This document shows, piece by piece, positions 24,083 to 33,999 of a DNA stretch of 62,139 bases (the stretch's first letter is position 1; each line of letters opens with the position of its first letter). The translations under genes were made by a program, and so were the position numbers. The notes beneath the pieces are model-generated. The model was not told where the DNA came from. It did not search any database and was given only the letters and a program-made list of their open reading frames with translations. This stretch comes from a virus (lineage: Duplodnaviria > Caudoviricetes): positions 1 to 62,139 of the IMG/VR virus record IMGVR_UViG_3300027976_000037; one strand, 5' to 3'.

Positions 24083-25377
24083 ATGTAGAAATAAAACCAA
24101 CGTGTGTGTTACAAGGACCGATTCAAAGTCGAGCAGGTTATGGGGATCATTGTCGTCAAATTGCAATCGCCTTAATTAAGTGGGGAAAATTTGATGTTAA
24201 AATCAATCCTATGAAATGGGGTGGCTGCCCGAATTCCGCCTTAGACAGCGATGAAGATCCAAATAATGCGATCATTCGTTCTGCTCTTCTAACAGAAAAC
24301 ATTCGTCAAAAGCCCGAATTGTTTGTTCAAGTTTCTATCCCCAATGAATTTAAACCGGCTGGCCACTATAACATTGGTATCACTGCCGGAATTGAAACAA
24401 CTGTCCCGCGGCTTGAGTGGTTGGAAGGTTTGAACCGCATGGATTTAAACATTGTACCATCGAAGTTTTCGAAAGATGTTTTCACCGCTGCTTCTTTTAC
24501 CCGTACCCATCCTGACGGAAAGAGTGAAAGAATTGCTGTTAGTAAGCCAATTGAGGTCGCCTTCGAAGGTGTAAACACTGAAATATTCAAGAAAACTCAA
24601 AAACCTAATAAAGTTCTCGATGCCGCTATTGAAAAAATATCCGAAACATTTTGTTTTTTATGTGTCGGCCATTGGCTACAAGGTGAATTGGGCGCTGACC
24701 GTAAGGATATTGGAATGTTAGTTAAAATATTTTCTGAAGTATTTAAGAATAAGAAAAATGCTCCGGCGCTTATTCTTAAATCGTCCGGTGCAAATTTTTC
24801 CCAGATTGACAAAGATGATTTGTTGAAGAAGATTAACAAGGCTCGTCACGGACTTGAAGGAACTCTCCCCAACGTATATTTGATACACGGCGATTTGAGT
24901 CTTGAAGAAATGAACCGACTTTATAATCACCCAAAAGTAAAAGCACATGTAAGTTTTACCCATGGTGAGGGGTTTGGCAGACCTCTGCTAGAAGCGTCTT
25001 TAAGTGGAAAGCCCGTCATTGCAGCGGGATGGTCTGGGCAGCTAGATTTTCTTCCAAGCAATTTAGCCGTATTACTTCCGGGTGCACTTGGACCCGTACC
25101 TTCATCAGCTATCAATGAATGGATAATAAAAGAAGCTCAATGGTTTAATGTTAACTACAGTATTGCTGCTGGCCGCTTGGACGATGTATTTCAAAATTAC
25201 ATAAACTATATTCCAAACGCAGAAAAACTTCGAGCTGAAAACTCTGAAAAATTTACTCTAGAGGGTGGTAATAAAGTGTTGGTGGATATCATTTCAAAAA
25301 ACCTACCAACCTTTGAACAGAAGGTTCAAATTGTACTACCAAAATTCAAAAAAATTGAAATTAAAAAACCAGAATGA
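24079..25377 (+). CDS. GT-B glycosyltransferase
   Basis: RAGYG and GEGFGRPLLEASLSGKPVIA motifs. Confidence 0.88.
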   Translation: MNVEIKPTCVLQGPIQSRAGYGDHCRQIAIALIKWGKFDVKINPMKWGGCPNSALDSDEDPNNAIIRSALLTENIRQKPELFVQVSIPNEFKPAGHYNIGITAGIETTVPRLEWLEGLNRMDLNIVPSKFSKDVFTAASFTRTHPDGKSERIAVSKPIEVAFEGVNTEIFKKTQKPNKVLDAAIEKISETFCFLCVGHWLQGELGADRKDIGMLVKIFSEVFKNKKNAPALILKSSGANFSQIDKDDLLKKINKARHGLEGTLPNVYLIHGDLSLEEMNRLYNHPKVKAHVSFTHGEGFGRPLLEASLSGKPVIAAGWSGQLDFLPSNLAVLLPGALGPVPSSAINEWIIKEAQWFNVNYSIAAGRLDDVFQNYINYIPNAEKLRAENSEKFTLEGGNKVLVDIISKNLPTFEQKVQIVLPKFKKIEIKKPE

Positions 25378-26051
25378 AACTAAGCTTTCTGATAACAGTC
25401 CACAATGAGACAACCGATCTTAAAAAATTACTAGCTCAGATTGAAAATCACATCATCGTAAATGAAACCGATGATGAGGTTGTTATTTTGGATGATTCCT
25501 CAGACAATCCAGAAACACAAGAGATATTAAAAGCTGCCGGCGAAAATCCTTTCACGAAAGTAGTCCAGCACCCTTTACATGGTCATTTTGGAGAGCACAA
25601 AACCTATGGGTCGCGACAATGTTCGGGTGATTATATTGTTCAACTCGATGCAGACGAATATTTAGCGGACATTTTATTACTAAATCTATCAGCCCTCGTC
25701 GAAGCCAACTCAGCGGTAGAACTCTTTCGAGTTCCCCGAGTTAATATTGTTAGGGGGCTTGAAGAGGCTGATGCAAAAAGGTGGGGTTGGAGAGTAATTG
25801 GATTTGATGCGTTTCCCGATTTACCAATTATCAACTGGCCAGACTTTCAATCTCGCATTTATAAAAATAATGAGAATATCCGTTGGACGAAGGCATTACA
25901 TGAAGTTATAATCGGAGCTAATATAGCAACCGATTTGCCGCTTGATGTTAACTTGGCTATCATCCACGATAAAACAATTGAACGGCAAAACGCACAAAAC
26001 GAATTCTATAATAAGAATTGGTCAAGAGCAGCAAACATGGGAAATGGATAA
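25374..26051 (+). CDS. GT2 glycosyltransferase
   Basis: LSFLITVHNE, ILDD, LDADE, PR.N and WPDFQSRI motifs. Confidence 0.88.
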   Translation: MKLSFLITVHNETTDLKKLLAQIENHIIVNETDDEVVILDDSSDNPETQEILKAAGENPFTKVVQHPLHGHFGEHKTYGSRQCSGDYIVQLDADEYLADILLLNLSALVEANSAVELFRVPRVNIVRGLEEADAKRWGWRVIGFDAFPDLPIINWPDFQSRIYKNNENIRWTKALHEVIIGANIATDLPLDVNLAIIHDKTIERQNAQNEFYNKNWSRAANMGNG

Positions 26052-26052
26052 T

Positions 26053-26742
26053 ATGATATTTACAAGTCATTCAAATATGGGAGATTTTTTATTCACTTGG
26101 GCGGTAGCGTCGTGGTACTATAAGAATCGAGGAGAGAAAATACACTGGGTGTTTCCAGAGGCAAACGGTGTTAACTGCCCTGTTGAAAGGGTTCTTCACT
26201 ATAAGAAATTGGAAAATTTGCTAAGATACCAAGATTTCACAAAAGATGTTTCGTTCGTGAATCCGCCGTGGAGACCATTCTGGAATCCAGCAGACTACGG
26301 CTTCCAAGGCGAATACTGTAATTTTGGTATATGGGAACGCCCAAGAGTCTATGTTTCCAAATTTTATGCTGATAGATATAATTTAGATTTCGATAAAGAA
26401 TTTTGTATCAAGTATCGGGATATTGATGTTCCACACCACGATAGTGTGTGGATTGAGACAGCCCCATGGCGGGATAATGTCGGATCATTGAGAAACGTTA
26501 TTCCAGCAGACTGTGTGGAATTGAGCCACACCGCAGACGTAGAATTGAACATCAATTTGGCGGCAAAAGCAAAAGAGGTTTGGACAAATGGCGGCGGTTT
26601 TACCATATTGATGGATTTATGTAATAAAGGAACAACAATATACAAAACAACTGCTGAGTATCAACTTGGGGATAAGCCGGCATTTAGAAATCTGTCATAT
26701 CCGAATGAAGGATACCCCGAACACAAGTACATTTTAACATGA
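26053..26742 (+). CDS. putative glycosyltransferase (GT9-like N-terminus)
   Basis: HSNMGDFL motif and cluster context. Confidence 0.45.
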   Translation: MIFTSHSNMGDFLFTWAVASWYYKNRGEKIHWVFPEANGVNCPVERVLHYKKLENLLRYQDFTKDVSFVNPPWRPFWNPADYGFQGEYCNFGIWERPRVYVSKFYADRYNLDFDKEFCIKYRDIDVPHHDSVWIETAPWRDNVGSLRNVIPADCVELSHTADVELNINLAAKAKEVWTNGGGFTILMDLCNKGTTIYKTTAEYQLGDKPAFRNLSYPNEGYPEHKYILT

Positions 26743-27785
26743 AAGCCGTAGTACTAACAAAATTAAATTCTCCACTGGAAATAGCAGAAGTCCACACGAC
26801 TGATCTAGGAATCGGCCAGGTGTTGGTTAAAATACTAGCTAGCGGATTATGCGGCTCCCAGCTAATGGAAATTTCTGGTCATAAAAACAATGCCAAGTTT
26901 CTGCCACATTTATTGGGTCATGAAGGGTGTGGTATTGTAAAGGAGATTGGTCCGGGTGTCACGAAAGTAAAGCCGGGAGATAAAGTAGTAATGCATTGGA
27001 TGAAGTCGGATGGAATCGAAAGCGACTTTCCCCGATACGTATATGGTGACAAAACAATTCAAAGTGGTAAAGTAACAACGTTGAGTGAGTATTCGATAGC
27101 GTCTGAAAATAGATTAACCGTGGTCCCAGTCGATACTAGTCCAGAAATCTGTGCTCTATTGGGTTGTAGTTTAACAACAGCTCTTGGGACTATTAATAAC
27201 GACGCGGAAGTAAAGTTGGGAGAAAGTGTCATGATTTTAGGCTGTGGTGGAGTTGGATTGAATCTCATCCAAGGTGCTAAACTCGTTGGCGCATATCCCA
27301 TCGTCGGAGTAGATATGACCGATGAGAAAGGTGTGGTTGCTCGAGAAATGGGATGCACACATTATATTAAAATCGGCGATGGCATAGTACCAACCGTTCG
27401 AAATCAAATAAGTAAGAGCGGTATAAACGTTATCATAGATACAACTGGCCACCCAAAAGTTATCGACACCGGTCTCGAACTACTGTCTGATTCAGGTCGA
27501 TTCATTATGGTCGGACACCCAAAGCCAGGAAATGACACTATTCAAATTTTAAATGGTAATCATATGTTTTCCGGAACAGGCAAGACAATCAAAGCCACCC
27601 AAGGCGGTCAGACAAATCCACAACGAGATATACCGCGGTATGTAAAACTGTTTTCAGCCGGACTGATACAAATAGATAAGCTTATAACTCATAGATTTGA
27701 TTTGAGCTCCATCAACGATGCTATCGAATGTCTGCGCTCGGGTAAGAGTGGAAGAATAATAATCAAATGCAATCAATATGAATAA
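26739..27785 (+). CDS. Zn-dependent alcohol dehydrogenase (MDR family)
   Basis: GLCGS, LGHEGCG and GCGGVG motifs. Confidence 0.93.
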   Translation: MKAVVLTKLNSPLEIAEVHTTDLGIGQVLVKILASGLCGSQLMEISGHKNNAKFLPHLLGHEGCGIVKEIGPGVTKVKPGDKVVMHWMKSDGIESDFPRYVYGDKTIQSGKVTTLSEYSIASENRLTVVPVDTSPEICALLGCSLTTALGTINNDAEVKLGESVMILGCGGVGLNLIQGAKLVGAYPIVGVDMTDEKGVVAREMGCTHYIKIGDGIVPTVRNQISKSGINVIIDTTGHPKVIDTGLELLSDSGRFIMVGHPKPGNDTIQILNGNHMFSGTGKTIKATQGGQTNPQRDIPRYVKLFSAGLIQIDKLITHRFDLSSINDAIECLRSGKSGRIIIKCNQYE

Positions 27786-28431
27786 AGACCAACTAATCAA
27801 CACCGCCGCGCATAAAATTGGTGCTAAATCCTATTTGGAAATTGGACACGAATTTGGGAACAATTTTAAAAAAATTAACATTGGATTTAAAGAGTCAATG
27901 GATCCGGCTAATGACGGTAGAGGTTCCCCCACATACAATATATCCTCCAATGAGTTTTTTGAAAAACATGTTGGGGATAAAAAATACGATATAGTGTTTG
28001 TCGATGGTCTACACGTTAAGGAGCAAGTTATTAAGGACGTGGAAAATGCCCTCAAACATCTAACTCCAAACGGGATCGTGTTTATGCACGACTGTCTACC
28101 TCTTAATGAGGCACAACAAGACGTGGTGGACTTTGACCCAAGTGACTTCAATTTACGGCCGAATGGTCCTACAAAAAAGCTATTCGGGGACAACCAAGCA
28201 TTTTGGACTGGAAACGCATGGTCAGCATTTGCTCACTTCCGACGAACCCGATCAGACCTTTTGATGTATACCGTTGACACGGATTGGGGAGTCGGCGTTA
28301 TTCTACCAAACCGAAGTCAATCACTCTGGCAAGGCGGCGACGACAACTATCAATACCTCGACGCAAACAGAGCTGCGCTAATGAATGTGATTAGTGTGAA
28401 TCAGTACGTGGAAATTATCAACTCTCTCTAA
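27778..28431 (+). CDS. class I SAM-dependent methyltransferase
   Basis: YLEIG, DIVFVDGLH and FMHDC motifs. Confidence 0.85.
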   Translation: MNKDQLINTAAHKIGAKSYLEIGHEFGNNFKKINIGFKESMDPANDGRGSPTYNISSNEFFEKHVGDKKYDIVFVDGLHVKEQVIKDVENALKHLTPNGIVFMHDCLPLNEAQQDVVDFDPSDFNLRPNGPTKKLFGDNQAFWTGNAWSAFAHFRRTRSDLLMYTVDTDWGVGVILPNRSQSLWQGGDDNYQYLDANRAALMNVISVNQYVEIINSL

Positions 28432-28436
28432 ACTTT

Positions 28437-29063
28437 ATGATGGAAATAAATTTTATAGTCACCTGTTACAACCGGGAGGAGTACTGGCCATATTTAGAAA
28501 AGATTCTAAAATCATACAAGCAAATCAAAGCCAACGTTGCGTTGGTATACACCGGCACCGACGAAACATTTGATGCAACAATTAAAATATTAAACAGAGG
28601 ACACGCGAAGGGTGATTATGACTGTATTGTGGCGGGGTATAACCAGTTAAAAACAAACGGGTGCAAACGTTGGATTAAAATTGGTGTGGATTCATGGTTA
28701 CTAAATGAAGACAAGATGATTGAAATCTTTAATAAGATGGAAAGTAACAAACACGGTTATGGTGGGATATGGTGGGACTCTCATAAAGATGATATTTCGA
28801 CAGATATATTCTTCGTCGATACTACCCACGGTAATGTTTTTGAAGGAATGGCTGCTGATGATTATCCGGAAAAATATGTTCAACGTATGGAATTATACAT
28901 GGCTCATCTTCTACAAAGTATGAAAATCACAACGGAAACCGACAGTTTTATGGCGAGATGGCCCACGTGGTCAACGGGTAGATTCAGTTGTCCGGCGTTA
29001 GGCTGGACCATGAGCCACGATTTGAACACCAATATAGAGTTTGTCAAAAATTATCAACCATGA
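28437..29063 (+). CDS. putative GT-A fold glycosyltransferase
   Basis: FIVTCYNRE N-terminus and cluster context. Confidence 0.5.
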   Translation: MMEINFIVTCYNREEYWPYLEKILKSYKQIKANVALVYTGTDETFDATIKILNRGHAKGDYDCIVAGYNQLKTNGCKRWIKIGVDSWLLNEDKMIEIFNKMESNKHGYGGIWWDSHKDDISTDIFFVDTTHGNVFEGMAADDYPEKYVQRMELYMAHLLQSMKITTETDSFMARWPTWSTGRFSCPALGWTMSHDLNTNIEFVKNYQP

Positions 29064-30247
29064 ATAAACAACAATTAATCGACTTCAGCAATCGTATAGC
29101 TGAACTTTATGTAGAAAGAAACCTCCGTGTAACATTCCACCTGTCTGGTGGAAATGAGGACCAACTACTAGATATTTTTAAGGACATTAACGAGGACGAT
29201 TATGTTTTTGGAACACACCGAAGCCACTATCACGCACTGCTCAAAGGGATGGACCCGCAGGTTGTAGAGGACCGTATCTGCGAAGGTCGAAGTATGTATC
29301 TATTTGACCGCAAGAAGAATTTTTTTAGTTCTTGTATTATCGGTGGGAACGTAGCTATTGCTGTTGGTGTCGCTTGGGCCTTGAAGCGTAAGGAATCTAA
29401 GCAACATGTATATTGTTTCATCGGCGACGGCACCGAGGACTCTGGTCACTTTTTTGAAGCGGCGAGGTATGTTGAAGGTTGGGACTTACCTTGTACATTT
29501 ATTGTGGAAGACAATGGAGTTGCTGTTGAAGCTTCACGAAAAGAGCGTTGGGGCACAGACACTCCACCGATTCTACCCAAATGTGTGAAGCGTTATCACT
29601 ACACCGCAACATGGCCACACATTCGATCCGAGGGGAAACTAGATTTTAGTAAATCGGTATTACCAACAAATGAGTCTTTATTCCCACCATTACCGATAGA
29701 AACTCTACCGTCAAATGATAGTATATCCACGATGAATATCAGTTTTTCGCAAGCTGCGACCAATGCTATGGATTTGATTTCAGAGAACAACGGAATCCAT
29801 ATTGGATATTGTGTTAAGTTTGGTAACGCGATGGGAGCGTTAAAAAATGTACCAGATTCTAAAAAAATAGAAACTCCCGTCGCTGAAAATCTTATGATGG
29901 GACTTGCTATTGGTATGTCATTTGAAGGATTTCGGCCAGTAGTTTATTTAGAAAGACACGACTTCATGCTGTGTGCTGCTGACGCCATTGTGAATCACGT
30001 GAATCACATTGAACGGGTTTCACATGGGGAATTCACCGCTCCCGTAATTATTAGGAGTATTGTAGCCGACGGTGGACCATTTTATGCCGGGCCAACCCAT
30101 TCGCAGGATTTTACTAATGCATTTAAGTCGATGGTTGACTTCCCGGTATATGTTCCCAATACGGGTGGGGAGCTACTACAAGCGTATACCTCCGCCATAC
30201 TTTCCAATAGGCCATCGCTGATAGTCGAACATAAAAGTAAATACTGA
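29060..30247 (+). CDS. fused TPP-dependent E1-alpha/E1-beta (transketolase-like) enzyme
   Basis: HLSGGNE, HRSH, GDG...EDN TPP motif, then ETPVAEN...AIG and GPTHSQD. Confidence 0.88.
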   Translation: MNKQQLIDFSNRIAELYVERNLRVTFHLSGGNEDQLLDIFKDINEDDYVFGTHRSHYHALLKGMDPQVVEDRICEGRSMYLFDRKKNFFSSCIIGGNVAIAVGVAWALKRKESKQHVYCFIGDGTEDSGHFFEAARYVEGWDLPCTFIVEDNGVAVEASRKERWGTDTPPILPKCVKRYHYTATWPHIRSEGKLDFSKSVLPTNESLFPPLPIETLPSNDSISTMNISFSQAATNAMDLISENNGIHIGYCVKFGNAMGALKNVPDSKKIETPVAENLMMGLAIGMSFEGFRPVVYLERHDFMLCAADAIVNHVNHIERVSHGEFTAPVIIRSIVADGGPFYAGPTHSQDFTNAFKSMVDFPVYVPNTGGELLQAYTSAILSNRPSLIVEHKSKY

Positions 30248-30972
30248 TGAAAATATTGGTTATAGGAGATAGTTGTAAAGACAGTTTTGTATACTGTGGA
30301 GTGGACCGATTCTGTCCAGAAGTTCCCGTGCCTATTCTAAAAATAAAAGATTCTGTGGAAAATGGCGGTATGTCAAAGAACGTCCAAAAGAATATACAGT
30401 CGTTTGGGGTTGAGTGTGATTTATTAACCAATGATAATTGGGAGAGTATCACAAAATCCCGCTACGTTCACCGAGAAAGCAATCATATGTTTTTGCGTAT
30501 TGATAGTGAAAATGTAGCGACACCAATACTTTTGACCGATATAGATTTCAACTATGATGCTATTATCATATCCGACTACAACAAAGGATTTTTAACTGAA
30601 CGAGACATCCAAACCATCTGTTCCACTCATTTAACGGTGTTCTTGGACACAAAGAAGATATTGGGTCGTTGGGCTGATAACGCCAAGTTTATTAAAATCA
30701 ACAACACGGAATATACCAACTCCCTCCCAACCTTGACCAATTATCTCAAATCTAAAATTATTCACACCATGGGTTCGCGAGGCGCAGAATTTGACGGCCG
30801 ATTTTTTCCGGTAGAACAAGTAGAAGTAAAAGATGCTTCTGGTGCTGGTGACACCTTTATGGCTGCTATGGTAGTTAAATATTTGGAAACGGGTAATATA
30901 GACAAGGCTATAGAGTTTGCAAACAACTGCGCAAGAAAGGTCGTGCAGCACCGGGGAGTGGTTACGTTATGA
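30247..30972 (+). CDS. PfkB/HldE(RfaE)-like sugar kinase
   Basis: VIGD, PEVPVP, SDYNKGFL and DASGAGDTF motifs. Confidence 0.88.
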   Translation: MKILVIGDSCKDSFVYCGVDRFCPEVPVPILKIKDSVENGGMSKNVQKNIQSFGVECDLLTNDNWESITKSRYVHRESNHMFLRIDSENVATPILLTDIDFNYDAIIISDYNKGFLTERDIQTICSTHLTVFLDTKKILGRWADNAKFIKINNTEYTNSLPTLTNYLKSKIIHTMGSRGAEFDGRFFPVEQVEVKDASGAGDTFMAAMVVKYLETGNIDKAIEFANNCARKVVQHRGVVTL

Positions 30973-31619
30973 AAACAAAGTTTGCTATTAGTTCACACAT
31001 CAATTTTCACGAAAAAACATACTCACGTTTAGTTGATAGTCTTTTAGTATGTGGAATACCACCGGAGGATATATATTTTTTCATAGGCGGATGTGAAACG
31101 TACGAAGAAATCCACGGCCAAGGTGTCCATGTGTGGAAAGTAGATCACAACTCAATAGATTTTACCGGACTAGTATCAGTCGTTGACTTAAAAATAGAAA
31201 GTGATAGATGGTTTTTATTACACGATACTACATACGTTGGCACAGATTTTTATTGCAAGGTTAAAGAAAAGAAATCGTCCTCTAAAGTGATTGACATGTC
31301 ACAGTTATTTAGTAAGAATATGGGTTCATATTCACAGGAATACTTAAATGAAATAACACCGACTCTTTTAGAAAGATATAAGAATAAAGATTTATCTATA
31401 GAATCAACAAGAGAATTTAAAGCGATGAATGTCAAAACTGAAAACATATTCTTGAAAGCTGAGGAGTTTTTTAATATGGAAAAACCAATCATCACAGAAC
31501 ACAAAATTGATTTCTACGGAACAAATACTCCACGAAGTATCCAATACTATCCCGGTGTAGATTTGTATAAAGTTCAATCGTATTATAATTCTCCTGGAAA
31601 CTACAACATTCAAATATAA
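30969..31619 (+). CDS. putative glycosyltransferase
   Basis: FLLHDT motif and cluster context. Confidence 0.45.
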   Translation: MKTKFAISSHINFHEKTYSRLVDSLLVCGIPPEDIYFFIGGCETYEEIHGQGVHVWKVDHNSIDFTGLVSVVDLKIESDRWFLLHDTTYVGTDFYCKVKEKKSSSKVIDMSQLFSKNMGSYSQEYLNEITPTLLERYKNKDLSIESTREFKAMNVKTENIFLKAEEFFNMEKPIITEHKIDFYGTNTPRSIQYYPGVDLYKVQSYYNSPGNYNIQI

Positions 31620-32329
31620 TGAATAGACTAAATTTCAAAGATATAAAGCCCGAGATTTTGAAAGGCACACGTGATGGCTCAAATTGGTATTCTGGCAAAG
31701 GACAAGACGCTTTTATAAAAAAAATATTTGATACTATCGGGACCACCAATAAGTTTTGTATTGAGTTTGGTGGAGGGGATGGATATAATGCTTCCAACAC
31801 GTTATACTTAACTTATCATGGCTGGAAGAGGTTGATGTTTGATAGGAACCACAATAATCCAAGTATAAATCTGTTTCAGGAAGTATTAACCGCTGAAAAT
31901 ATATGTGAAATATTTGAAAAATATAATACACCCGTCGATTTAGATTTCATTTCAATCGATATAGACGGCAACGATTATTGGCTATTACAGTCCATATTAA
32001 CCAAATTTTCTCCGCGAGCCATAATGGTTGAGATAAATTCACGATTTGATTTATATGATAAGAAGGTTATAAAATATGATCCAAGTTGGCGGTGGGATGG
32101 TCGTGGTTGGTATGGAGCCAGCCCATATCTATTCAAACTGCTTGGAGAAAGACGCGGATATACCGTAGTCGGAACATATAAAGACGAAGCGTTTTTGGTA
32201 CGAGATGATTGTTTACATCCGGATGACAAGCGTATACTGTGGGAAGATATTTATACACCGAATTGGGAAATATACGAAGGAACAAGCCCAACCATAGATG
32301 AAACACAGTGGATTGAAATAAATGAATAA
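31619..32329 (+). CDS. FkbM-like methyltransferase
   Basis: EFGGGDG...SNT and SIDIDGNDYW...VEIN motifs. Confidence 0.8.
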   Translation: MNRLNFKDIKPEILKGTRDGSNWYSGKGQDAFIKKIFDTIGTTNKFCIEFGGGDGYNASNTLYLTYHGWKRLMFDRNHNNPSINLFQEVLTAENICEIFEKYNTPVDLDFISIDIDGNDYWLLQSILTKFSPRAIMVEINSRFDLYDKKVIKYDPSWRWDGRGWYGASPYLFKLLGERRGYTVVGTYKDEAFLVRDDCLHPDDKRILWEDIYTPNWEIYEGTSPTIDETQWIEINE

Positions 32330-33107
32330 AAAAACCATACTCCTTTGCATTGCAAATTATGAACTCACCAATCGTAATAATCTAGCCAAATGCCTTACCG
32401 AATACAACTCATTCCAAGATTATAAAATTGATTGTCATTTATTTTTGACTCAACCGATTGATATTACCCCTTATCCTAATATAAGATTTATCATTCACAC
32501 GTTTAGCGCTTTGCTTGGACAAGGGTTGGTTCTTGAACACAAAAGAGTTATGATTGATAGTGTCGGTAGATATGATTATTATTTGTATTCCGAAGATGAC
32601 ATATTCATCACAGAGAATAACATCAAGGAATGGGAGAAATTCCAATCGAAAATACCAAATCCATTTTCTTGTGGATTTTTAAGATATGAAAATAAATCCG
32701 TCAGTGATTACAAATTTCTATTTGACACCCATCCAACACACTCCGTCCACCGTCAGGGAGCGGGGAAAATCGTCAAGGAAAAGTTTTTGTTTGGTGAAGA
32801 TGAATATGTTGACTTATACAATATTCATCAGGGTTGCTATCTTATTACCAATTCAATTCTTGAGACCGTTGTCTCAAGCGGAAAGTATGATGAGTGTGTG
32901 AATCTTTACGTGGGAACATTAGAGGCAGGCGCTTCTGATGTTTATTATAAGTGTGGGATTACGCGTGTACTTCCGACAAAGAATATAAAGGGGTTGTTGG
33001 TTCACCATATGTCTGACAAGTACGTAAAAAAACTTCCAGAGTTTTATACAGAAGAATCTACGATGAACGAAGTTGTCTGGGAGAAAACAATTGACACCGG
33101 CGTATAA
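32322..33107 (+). CDS. putative glycosyltransferase
   Basis: YLYSEDD and LLVHHMSDKY motifs. Confidence 0.55.
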   Translation: MNKKTILLCIANYELTNRNNLAKCLTEYNSFQDYKIDCHLFLTQPIDITPYPNIRFIIHTFSALLGQGLVLEHKRVMIDSVGRYDYYLYSEDDIFITENNIKEWEKFQSKIPNPFSCGFLRYENKSVSDYKFLFDTHPTHSVHRQGAGKIVKEKFLFGEDEYVDLYNIHQGCYLITNSILETVVSSGKYDECVNLYVGTLEAGASDVYYKCGITRVLPTKNIKGLLVHHMSDKYVKKLPEFYTEESTMNEVVWEKTIDTGV

Positions 33108-33126
33108 AGGTATTAGATATAACTTC

Positions 33127-33936
33127 ATGAATAATATAGTTCTATACACCAAGTCGTTCCGTGGAGATGTCCATAGAGCCAAAGTGCTTCTCGATTCGGT
33201 CTTTAAATACAACAACGATAGTATTCCATTCTACATCTCAGTTCCAAAAGCAGACATTGATATTTTCAAACATTCATTAGGAACGACGGGTTATATCCTA
33301 GTTGAAGATGAGTCAGTCTATAATCATAGCCAATCTGAAAGTTGGACCACTCAGCAGATTGTAAAAAGTAGTTTTTGGAAACTCGGAGTTTGTGAAAATT
33401 GGGTAAACATCGACTCTGATAGTTATTTTATTAAACCGTTCTATATTAGGGATTTTATAGTAGACGGAACGGAAAGCACACCTTATACAGTCATGCACGA
33501 ACAAAAGGATTTGTTTTCGTGGACATGTAATAAAAATTCCAAACTCGGTTTCGATCCATACGACAGCTTCAAAGAATGCCGTCAGAAAATTATGGATGTA
33601 TTTGACCGTAAGGGTAGATACTACGACTTTGGACCCAGCCCTATAATTTGGAATAAAAAAGTGTGGGAAACCTTAGAGACTGATTATCTAAAGCCAAATT
33701 CACTTGAATTCACCGACTTGATAAAATCTGTTCCAGCTGAGTTTGCTTGGTATGGTGAATGGCTGTTGACAACCGGAGTCATCCCAATCCATCCTATCGA
33801 ACCGATGTTTAAAGTATTTCACTATAAACCACAATATGAAGAATTTAAACATAATGGTTACAAGGAAGAAGACTTGGCCCAAATTTATTTGGGAATAGTT
33901 ATGCAGAGTAATTGGTCTGCGGGAGTTAAGTACTAA
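33127..33936 (+). CDS. GT-A-like protein (DUF6492-like)
   Basis: W..QQIVK, IDSDSYF and E..WYG motifs. Confidence 0.6.
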   Translation: MNNIVLYTKSFRGDVHRAKVLLDSVFKYNNDSIPFYISVPKADIDIFKHSLGTTGYILVEDESVYNHSQSESWTTQQIVKSSFWKLGVCENWVNIDSDSYFIKPFYIRDFIVDGTESTPYTVMHEQKDLFSWTCNKNSKLGFDPYDSFKECRQKIMDVFDRKGRYYDFGPSPIIWNKKVWETLETDYLKPNSLEFTDLIKSVPAEFAWYGEWLLTTGVIPIHPIEPMFKVFHYKPQYEEFKHNGYKEEDLAQIYLGIVMQSNWSAGVKY

Positions 33937-33999
33937 AATAAATAGTAACGCGTGAAAACGTGTTGACATTTGGGGTCGTTTAAACTATTCTGTTCGACA

